This document shows positions 51,200 through 61,921 of a stretch of 64,000 nucleotides of DNA, in pieces. The stretch is taken from positions 144,212,001 through 144,276,000 of the forward strand of contig OX597818.1 in the NCBI GenBank assembly GCA_951406725.2, in the 5' to 3' direction. The notes under the pieces were generated by a model that did not search any database, had not been told where the DNA came from, and saw nothing but the letters and a program-made list of their open reading frames with translations. The stretch's first letter is position 1. Each line of letters starts with the position of its first letter. The position numbers and the translations under genes were made by a program. This stretch comes from Octopus vulgaris (lineage: Eukaryota).

Positions 51200-54172
51200 A
51201 TTTCAGGAAACCCAACTCTCACCTAGTCACCTACCGTTCTGGCAGACACACTAGCCAGATCGACTACATCCTCGCCAGAAAGAGGGAAAAAGGGCTGCTT
51301 ATTAATGCCAATACCTTACCAGGCGAGGAATGTACCCCTCAACATAGATTAGTAGTTAGCGACTTCAGAATCAGGGCCAAATGGATGCCCAGAATAAGAC
51401 CAGTTCGGAGGAGAAGAGTCTGGAAACTTAAAAATCCTGTAAATGGACGGAGATTTAGAGAAGTTCTACTCGAAGCTTTCGACGAAATAGAAGGCGATAG
51501 AGCATCACAGGGGGTAGAAGACAACTGGATGTTTCTAAGGGACAACCTGCTGAGAGCCACTGACCAGATCTGTGGATGGAGCAAAGTCCCATCTCGTCCC
51601 AGGGTAACGTGGTGGTGGAACAATGTTGTAGACAGGGCTATTAGAGACAAGAGACAGGCTTGGAAGGACTGGAGGAAAGGCGGTAGTAGGGAATTGTATC
51701 AGACTGCGAAAAGAGAAGCTAGGAGACAGGTATATTTAGCTAGAGGGGAAGCAGATAAGAAAAAATTTGCCAATGTTCTGCGCCATGAGGACCAAACACT
51801 TGAGGTGTTTCGTGTTGCAAGACAGTGTGTGAGAGAGAATCGTGATGTGGTAGGAGAGAAATGTGTTCGCATGGATGATGGTTCACTTGCGCTGAATGAG
51901 GATGCAAAGAGAGGGGTTTGGAGATGCCACTATGAAAGGTTGCTCAACAAAGAGAATGAATGGGATAAAGAGAGTCTGCCGAATGTCAACCCAATAGAGG
52001 GACCAGCTATCCGAGTTGACAGTTCCATGGTAGTTAAGGCAATTGGTAGCATGAAGACAGAGAAAGCCCCAGGCCCATCAGGAATTACTGCAGTGATGCT
52101 CAAAATATCTGGCAGTGTCGGCTATAGCCTAGTCACCCATATAGTTAACCAGGTGATACACGAAGGAGTCATACCCAATGACTGGTGTAGTAGCATAATA
52201 GTCAACTGTTACAAAGGTAAGGGTGACGCTCTAGATACAAGTAATTACAGAGGTATCAAGCTGTTGGATCAGGTAATGAAGGTTACGGAAAGCGTCATAG
52301 CCCAACTGATTAGAGAGAGAGTCAACCTAAACGAGATGCAGTTTGGTTTCGTGCCAGGGAAAAGCACCACCGATGCCATATTTCTGGTGAGACAGCTGCA
52401 GGAGAAATACCTAGCCAAAGATAAAACTCTGTACCTGGCTTTCGTTGACTTGGAGAAAGCCTTTGACAGGGTCCCCCGTTCCCTTATCTGATGGTCAATG
52501 AGGAAACTAGGTATAGATGAATGGTTAGTGAGAGCTGTGCGTGCCATGTACAGGGACGCTGTTAGTAAGGTGAGGGTTGGCAACGAGTACAGTGAAGAAT
52601 TCCAGGTGGAGGTTGGGGTCCACCAAGGCTCAGTCCTCAGCGCCCTCCTATTTATCATAGTCCACCAGGTAATAATGGAGGAATTCAAGAGAGGATGCCC
52701 CTGGGAGCTCCTCTATGCTGATGACCTTGCTCTAATTGCTGAATCACTATCGGAACTCGAGGAGAAGTTTCAGGTGTGGAAGCAAGGATTAGAATCGAAG
52801 GGCCTTAGAGTCAATCTAGCTAACACCAAAGTCCTAATAAGTAGGAAGGTAGACAAATTTCAAACGCCATCAGGTAGATGGCCCTGCTCGATATGTAGAA
52901 AAGGCGTAGGTAGGAACTCTATAAGATGCACCAAGTGTAAGCTATGGACACATAAGAGGTGCAGCAATGTCAAAGGAAGGCTAACTAGGAAAATAGTTTT
53001 TGTATGTGGCAGATGCTCTGGTGCAATAAACACTGAAAGTGCGCAGAGACCATCTTCCGCCACATTCCAGGGAGAAAAACTTGAAATACTTGATAGTTTC
53101 CGTTACCTAGGTGACCAAGTCAGTAGCAGGGGTGGGTGTGCCAAAAGTGTAACTGCTAGAGTAAGAATAGCCTGGGCAAAGTTCAGAGAGCTCTTACCTC
53201 TGCTGGTGACAAAAGGCCTCTCGCTCAGAGTAAAAGGCAGACTGTATGACGCATGTGTGCAAACAGCCATGCTACATGGCAGTAAAACATGGGCTGTGAC
53301 TGCTGAGGATATGCGTAAGCTTGCAAAAAATGAAGCCAGTATGCTCCGTTGGATGTGTAATGTCAGTGTTCATACCAGACAGAGTGTAAGTGCCTGAAGA
53401 GAAAAGCTGGACCTAAGAAGCATCAGATGTGGTGTGCAAGAGAGGCGTCTATGCTGGTATGGACACGTAGTAAGAATGGATGAAGATAGTTGTGTGAAAA
53501 ACTGCCACACCCTGGCGGTTGGGGGAACCTGTGGAAGAGGCAGACCCAGGAAAACCTGGGACGAGGTGGTGAAGAACGACCTTCGCTCTTTAGGTCTCAC
53601 CAAGGAAATGACCAGAGGCCGAGACCTTTGGAAGTATGCTGTGCGCGAGAAGACCCGGCTGGACAAGTGAGGCCATAACCCATGGCCCCTACCTGGGACG
53701 TAGTCAGTCCACCTATGCATACCTTCCTTCTTGGGACACATAACTCTACTTGTGAAGACCTGTTGAGGCAAGTGAAAATGGATAAAATGGACAAAATCAA
53801 AAGCAAACTCGATGAACATTAATGGAATTTGTAGCATTGTGGTACCAGTGCCGGTGGCACATACGAAAACCATCCGAACGTGGCCGTAGCCAGTACCGCA
53901 CTGACTGGCCTCCGTGCCAGTGGCACGTACAAAACACCATCCGAGCGTGGCCGTTCGCCAGCCTCGTCTGGCACCTGTGTCGGTGGCACATAAAATCACC
54001 CACTACACTCTCGGCGTGGTTGGCGTTAGGAAGGGCATCCAGCTGTAGAAACACTGCCAGATCTGACTGGCCTGATGCAGCCTTCGGGCTTCCCAGACCC
54101 CAGTTGAACCGTCCAACCCATGCTAGCATGGAAAGCAGACGTTAAACGATGATGATGATGATGATGATGATT
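51200..54172 (+). mobile_element. RTE LINE, 5'-truncated, relatively young (end of APE domain, RT, PHD-type finger, 3' UTR, (GAT)n)
   Basis: SQIDYIL, NYRGIKLL, DLEKAFDRV, HQGSVLS, LLYADD and FRYLG in one frame broken by TGA stops ending at 52491 and 53397. Confidence 0.96.
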
Positions 54173-55599
54173 ATTCATGTCTATTAACATCTAGTGAAGC
54201 ACATAGCTTTGTGGTTAGTGTGTTGAGTTCATCAGTATAAGGATATAGATTCAATTCCTGGACTAAGAAGCTCATTGTGTCTCTGAGCAAAGCACTTCAT
54301 TTTACATTGCTGCAGCTACTCAGCTTTAACAAGTAAACAGCCCAGTCCTAGCGAAGCCTGCCTTCTTCTGGCTGAATGTTTTGCTCATGACTACATAGGA
54401 ACTTAAAACAATTAGTGAAAGCATGGTGCATGTTATCAAGTCATACTCACACATACAGATGAGGACTGGATGTGCTGTAAACAGTGACTATTTTAACAAC
54501 TACAATGACGTCTATGATTCACTGAAGAGGCCTAATAAGAGTGGAACATTGAAACAACATTGTTCTTTCTTCACTGCATAATTATTCATAATTTTTCATG
54601 TTCGCTACATGAAATATAGTAACACTCACTACCAGAAAATTAGCCAAATGGTCAGCTGTTCATACTCTATGACAGCCACTATAAGTAATAGGTTACCAAG
54701 GTATATCATTCTTAGTAGCTACTCCATCTCAGCAGCACTGTTTCTTTTCTGTGGCACTGTAATTCACAATAATACTATGGAACTGATAAATGATTCTTTA
54801 ATGTATAAAGTGTTCAATTTCACACACGCTGTAGGATAACTATAATCGTCTCCTATCCAGGAGCAACATCATTGGTAAAGAAACATTTGTGATCTGTTGA
54901 TTATGGTTTATGATCTGGAAAGGGAAAACATAAAATCTTATTTGGAGGAAGTGCCTTCCAAATACTCAGATCAGTTCTAGGTTGAAGATGAGTGACATCA
55001 GAAGATCTGAACCCAGCCCTACAAGCTCACAAGATTCAAGCCAATCATCATGCAGTCTTACTGCCTTGTGCAGTTATTCTGACACTTAAAATGTTTGTTT
55101 ACAGCCAGGTAGGCTGATCCAATGAGAGCTAGGTATTTGGGCCATGGGGAAAATGCAATACCAATAATGGAGATCAACCAATACTACTTTAGGTAAGAGC
55201 TATTAACATTACCAAAGTATAAGAAGTTATAGATGAATTCTGATATGAAACTTTTTATCCAGAAAACAAACACTAGCAGCTGATACTTATTCTTTTTTAT
55301 TAAGTTGGAGGAAAATAGCAGCTTTTCATAACATATGTGACTGATGTTTTAGATTTCAATTTCTACATATTAATGTTCATGGGAGAAAGAAAAAGACAAG
55401 ACTGGTGGCATAGGGTGGTAAAATTTCAACAGGATGCAGTAAAAGGATTGGGGATAGGATACACTAGGATTTATGAATATGACACAATAGGAACAATGAT
55501 TGAAAGAGAAGGGGTATATCAATGAACTTAGGAGTGGGGTGGTTCACAGTTAGCTAGTTCAGAGCAGAAGCCATTGCAGTAATGATAGAGGGGATACAT

Positions 55600-55697
55600 C
55601 ACATCTATAGGTTCAATTATAGTTGTGGGAACAGCACATCTATAGGTTCAATTATAGTTGTGGGAACATCACATCTATTGGTTTAATTATTGTTGTA
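55600..55697. repeat. 35-bp tandem triplication
   Basis: cacatctataggttcaattatagttgtgggaacag x about 3. Confidence 0.85.
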
Positions 55698-56478
55698 GTG
55701 TACTGGTGACTGAATTTTTGTGTATCTAATCAGATGGCCTTTCTTTGGATGCCTACATTCATAGAAACAATTCCATGCAGATAAATGAGCATTACCCTAA
55801 TGAGTATACACCTCAAGTTTTATAGACAGTCAACAACTAATCAAGATTTAAGTATTTTCTGGTCTTGAAGAAGAAGCTTAGCTTTTGAAATGTAGTTTTC
55901 ATAAATTTATAGATCTGTGCTCTCAAAAGATCCTCAGATATTATGAAATCTGACCTTTTTAGTGAAGCAGTCCTATATTTTAGAAAATTTGGTCATTTGC
56001 CTCAACTTTTCAGATTTTCATGTTGCTCAAGGGTTAAAGCAATGTGTTGTTCATAACAAGGGATGGTATTAATATCAAAAGTTTATTATCTTGATATGTG
56101 TAATGAGTGAGATTAGCTGGTCAATAAAGACATTAAGTCAGACCAGTAAAACAACCCAAGTGTCTGGCAACAATTACTGTTCATGATGGACAGACTTTTT
56201 ATATCTAATTGGGTATTATGTTTCTTGACTAATGTTATGCTTATGAAGAAAAGAAAGTGGGAAAAGGAAAATGAAGAAAGAAAGGAAGAGAGAGATAGAG
56301 AGAGAAAGAAAGAGGGAAAGAGAGAAAGAAAGAAAAAAGAACAAGGGAGAGAGATAGAGAGAGAGAAAGGTATAGGTGGAGAATGCAAACAAAACAAGAA
56401 ATGCTGAAATTTAGTTTGAAAACAAGATAGAAATGTTAAGACAGAAATGTTAGGTTCAGAAGACAAAGATATAATTAC

Positions 56479-56585
56479 CTAAGAGATCTCGATGTGGACC
56501 AACATCTTCTGAATTCCAATTCCATGAATGTTTCGAACCCCATAGAGTATAGCCTTCATGGTGCTTTGATGTTAAAACAACATAC
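56479..56585 (-). CDS. FUCA: Alpha-L-fucosidase (GH29, FUCA1/FUCA2-like), first exon visible in window
   Basis: aag acceptor, [36 protein letters not shown] with GH29 signature KHHEG; 107 nt; GTAATT donor. Confidence 0.95.
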
Positions 56586-56639
56586 CTTTATAGAATGGGA
56601 AATATGTTGAAAAAGAAATAACAATAAAATGCAATGAGG

Positions 56640-56711
56640 GAAGAGGAGGAAGCTTATATAAAACAAAATATACCAGAAGAGGAGGAAGCTTATATAAAAC
56701 AAAATACACCA
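56640..56711. repeat. About 36-bp tandem duplication near a fucosidase splice acceptor
   Basis: gaagaggaggaagcttatataaaacaaaata(t/c)acca x2. Confidence 0.85.
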
Positions 56712-57596
56712 ATAGGTACATAAATATTTGTTGTACAAATCATCAATGCTGGCGAGTTCAGAAAGAAATAAGCAACGGATAATGATTCCTCACTATTAAT
56801 AATCATTATCTAAATACATACACTTTCTTAACTAATCAAGCAAATTTTTATTTGATGGTGATATACTAACAAGGTCTAATAATGTGGAAACATATTCAGT
56901 TTTCCCCCTTTCTCACCAACAAAAATCAATATTACCCTAAACATGTAAATTAATTCAGTTAAAATTTTAGGATTTATTTTTTGAAATTATCATCTTTCCT
57001 TTTTCCTGGATAGTTGTTCACAATTACTGCCAAATTTTTGTTTTCTTTCTTCAACAAATGGGGAAATTTCAATTAATTACAAATTGTTCTTGTGTAAGTC
57101 ACTTGTAACACAATTTATTAATCTAAATTCCAGCTATTGGCCCATTTGAATTATTTCCCTTACCTTAGTGCATATTCTTTTTTATAATTATGAAAATTAC
57201 TACAAACAAAGATCTTTATAATTCTTTTTCTAGTAAAAATGTCAGCTCATGCAGAATGGAGTGACTATGATTCTCTAATAAGGTTCAATAATAAAGAAAC
57301 ATGTCAATAGTTATTCCATTTATCTGTTAACAAAGATCAAATTTCCCCTTCAAGCCTGTGAATTGATTTAGTGAGATTAATTGTTGATTTCTTGGAATTA
57401 CCTCACCATTTTTCTTGCTGAGTCATTAACAAATGCTTTTGTTTCCTTTTACTAACTAAAAATGCAATTTCAACTAACTGTGAATTTTTAAGTGTGAGCC
57501 ATTCAGTATGTTAACCTTTAACTTACCTAAATGTGTAACATTGGCCAATTTATGTCATTTCCCTTCAAAGATTGTATTAATTATACATACATGCGA

Positions 57597-58638
57597 ATAG
57601 TCTTATGGTTTGCAACACTAACTTCAGGAAACCTACCAGCCACCTAGTCACTTACCGATCGGGCCAACATACCAGCCAAATTGACTACATCCTTGCAAGG
57701 CAAAGGGAGAGATGGCTGCTTATAAATGCCAAAACCTTCCCAGGCGAAGAATGTACCCCACAACATAGACTGGTAGTTAGCGACTTTAGGATCAGGACTA
57801 GGAGGACAACCAGAAGACGACCAATATGGAGAAGAAAGATCCTGCGAATGGACAGAGATTTAGGGACATATTACTTGAAGCCTTTCACGAAGTAGAAGAG
57901 GATAGAGCATCACAGGGGGTAGAAGACAACTGGACGTTTCTAAGGGACAACCTGCTGAGAGCCACTGACCAGATCTGTGGCTGGTGCAAAGTCCCCTCTC
58001 GACCTAGAATAACGTGGTGGTGGAACAATATTGTAGACAGGGCTATTAGAGAAAAGAGACAGGCTTGGAAGGTCTGGAAAAATGGGGGTAGCAGGGAATT
58101 GTATCAGACTGCCAAAAGAGAAGCTAGGAGACAGGTTTATTTAGCCAGAGGGGAAGCAGATAAGAAAAAATTTGCCAATGTCCTGTGCCGTGAGGACCAA
58201 AGACTGGAGGTGTTTCGCGTTGCAAGACAGTGTGTGAGAGAGAATCGTGATGTGGTAGGAGAGAAGTGTGTTCGCATGGAAGATGGTTCACTTGCGCTAA
58301 ATGAGGATGCAAAGAGAGAGGTTTGGAGACGCCACTATGAAAGGTTGCTGAATAAAGAAAATGAATGGGATAAAGAGAGTTTGCCGAATGTTGACCCAAC
58401 AGAGGGACCAGCTATCCGAGTTGATAGTTCCATGGTAGCTAAGGAAATTAGAAGCATGAAGACAGGGAAAGCCCCAGGCCCATCAGAAATCACTGCAGAG
58501 ATGCTCAAAATGTCTGGTATTGTCGGCTATAGCCTAGTCACCCGTATAGTTAATCAGGTGATACACAAAGGAGTCATACCCAATGACTGGTGTAGCAGCA
58601 TAATAGTCAACTGCTACAAAGGTAAAGGTGACGCCCTA
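57597..58638 (+). mobile_element. RTE internal fragment truncated at both ends
   Basis: Highly similar to 62555-63646; small deletion near 57836 shifts the frame. Confidence 0.93.
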
Positions 58639-60134
58639 TAATATATATTTATATATACAAACTATACTACTTAAAACACCATACCTTCCCACTGCTTCCC
58701 CCAAAGAAGGTGTCTAAATGTGCTTAAAATGATGAAGTATGTATGTATACATCCATAATATGTGCATGTATGTGTATACGTGTGCCTGTGTGTGTGTGTG
58801 TGAAAGACACCTCAATTTATGGGGGGTGTTTTGCTTGCGCATGGGATCATAGTGCCCTCACATTGGCGCTTGATAGCTTGTCCTGGCTTGTGTCTGGATC
58901 ATGTCAACAGGGTGCAAAGGATCAGTGAGGGGTCAGCCAAGCCTTATTGGATTTAAAATTCTAAGTTGTACAATCACTAGGTAAGAGTCATTTACGATGC
59001 TTGGACAATTAGGAGGGCCCTGCGGCATGCATGAAGGCCACAGCTGCGAATCTGAATAAAGCTGACCATGAACACAATACTACTTAGAACTGTCCTTGCA
59101 GAAATTTCGCATGGTAGATGGTCAGTAATGGCCTTTTTTACTCATGAGTGGATAGCCATCATCATCATCACCATATATACATAAATACATATATTCATAC
59201 ACGAAGAATTCATGTTTACATATATACATAACTACAGACAATCATACAAACACGAATAAATCAAAACCTAGGTATACACACACACACACACACACACACA
59301 CATGTGTGTGTGCAAACCTAAACAACAACATACTAAATACAAATACAACTGTACACATACAATCATACACACGTATTTATATACATATATATGTACATAT
59401 ACATAGCTATCTGCGTACCTGCTATTTCTTACACAATGAAACATACATTTAAATAGTGACTCACTATTTCTTTTCTTTAACAATTCTAAAGAAATTCTAA
59501 AATATCTCAATTTATTGTCATTAAATTTCTTATCCCTATTCAAATCTTAGGTCAACCTTTTGCGTCAATTTAGAAACTCGCATGTATGAATGTATGTGGG
59601 TGTATGTATTTAGAAAAAATAGGTAAGACCGAAATATGTATACGTTCACACCTATCCATCAATTCATCTATCTGTCTATACATACATGCATATACTCATA
59701 TATACATACATATATAAATTGAATGTATAAACATATAAGTATATAATTAGGGGATATGTTAACCTTGTGGAAGGATGGTTTTAGTCAAGGAAACACTGGT
59801 TGAATACCTAGTATTTTGGGGCAATGAAATACCCTTAAAATAATAGGTATATATTAAGAATATAGTTTATATCCATTTCAAAACAGAAAAGAAAATTGAG
59901 ATAAGGAAGTTGATAATTGTTTATTGCTTACAAAGTGGTCATCTTCGCTGCTTACAATTGTTTCAATAAATTAATTACAAATTTGCACATAAATATTACA
60001 TTTATGTGACATGAGTATAATTTCATCAGAGAAACAAACCTGCTCCTTCTGATGTTATATATGGACCCATCTTCTTTTTTTCTTTTAAATGGATATAAAC
60101 TGTGTGTGTATATATATATATATACATGTGTATG

Positions 60135-60165
<31 letters not shown>

Positions 60166-60189
60166 CATATGTATATATCCGTACGTCTC

Positions 60190-60530
60190 TCATTGGACAC
60201 TAAACTTTGCTTGCGAGGACCTGTTGAGGCAAGTGAAATCAAATTCGTTGAGATGACCGATAATAGCACCGCCTGACTGGCAACCATGCCAGTGGAATAC
60301 TAAAAGCACCATCCAAGCATGAATGTTGCCAGTGCCGCTGTACTGGCTCCTGTTCAGGTGGCATGTAAAAAAACACCATTTGAGTGTGGCTATTGGAAGT
60401 ACCACACGACTGGCCTCCGAGCCGGTGGCACGTAAAAGCACCCATTACACTCTTGGAGTGGTAAGTGTTAGGAGGGCATCCAGCGGTAGAAACCTTACCT
60501 GATCAGATAGGAGCCTGGTGCAGCCTTCTG
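60190..60530 (+). mobile_element. RTE 3' UTR fragment lacking the tail
   Basis: acctgttgaggcaagtgaaatc landmark plus three diverged 62-bp units. Confidence 0.8.
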
Positions 60531-61045
60531 GCCAGGATCTTCCAGATATATATTACTGCATACCTCTCCCGTCTTCTCTCTAGGGAGTAGAGTCTTAAGT
60601 GTTTCAACCTATCCCAGTAGCTGAGCTGTTGCAAAGAGACGATCTTCTTTGTGAATCTTCTCTGGATTACCTCAAGGTCCGCTGTTAATTTCACACTGGT
60701 GGGTGACCATAGCTCTGAGCAGTAATCCAGGCGGCTGAGGACGAATGTCCGCTAGTGGACCATCATAGTTTCCTTATCTGTGGTTCGGAATGTTCTTAGG
60801 ATCCATCCAACCAGTTGTCTGCACTTTGTCGCCATCCTGGTAATTTGCACTTGGAAAGATGTATCATCACTCATGTCTATACCCAGGTCCCTCACTGACT
60901 TAGGCTCTGGGGTTGAAATTCCCTGTGGACTGGTGTACCCTGTAAGTTAGGTTTTGATGTTGGTGGCGCAGGGCTTGGAATTTTTCAGCATTAAACTGCA
61001 TATTATTATCCTCAGCCAATCTGTAAATGGAGTCCATCTCCTGCT
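60530..61045 (-). mobile_element. CR1-clade LINE fragment
   Basis: NNMQFNAEKFQ, VRDLGI and LEVIQRRFTKKI..SYWDRLKHLRLYSLERRRERY. Confidence 0.88.
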
Positions 61046-61921
61046 GCATATACATATACCTATACATATATGCATATATAGAATGTATATATATATGTAT
61101 GTATATGTATATATATAAAATGTATACACAATATATATATATGAAATAATTGTATACATATACATACACACACACACACACATATATATACGTGTTCCTT
61201 GACCACCTCTCTACCCCCCTCTCTAACTAACCCTTTCTCTCTCCCTATGTTTCTCTATGTCCCCCTCTTTCCATAACCACCATCGCCATATATAAACGAG
61301 CGATCGCATGATCGATAATCCCACTCACTTCCAAATATCTAAAGAAGAATTTACGCACGGCTCATCAACGGTTAAAGTTAAGAAATTCTTCTTTCAGTCC
61401 TCACTTTCCTCTACCCAATATCTTTGCACGTATCATCATTATTCTTATTCTTTCATTATTCTTCGATTACTCTCTCATTATATTCTTCTTTCAGTATTCT
61501 CTCAGTATTCTCTCATTGCTCTGTCTAGCTCAGTAACATGCCATTCATGTAAATTATTCTTTCAGTATTCTCTCATTACTCTGTCTAGCTCAAATATGTT
61601 TTTCGTTTAGTTTTGTCTCCCTGTGGCTCCCGGTTCATAGCCACTTATCTTTCCCCTAAAAATCTTACTTTCTCAGATTTTTCAAACCTACTTTCTTGCT
61701 CACACGATTAACGGAACCTCTTCCTAGTTCATGGTGCACACGCCCTCCACACATGCCGGAAGTTCCTATTCTTTGCCATCCTGGGGTTGCTTCCCATGAA
61801 GACTGCAAATGCTCTTTCACCATCCCTACCTCTAGTCTCGACCTATGTAAGGTAATGTTCATACAGTGCAAAATATGAAAGACTAGTGTTATGCAGGTTG
61901 AACTGAAGGCTACTGTATTAC

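Noticed and set aside
54520-54565. CTGAAGA...GAAAC hammerhead-like spacing
   Set aside because: No convincing helix I or II pairing and no palindrome
56113-56466. Charged K/E/R-rich and F/S/L-rich ORFs
   Set aside because: Translations of an intronic GA-rich polypurine tract
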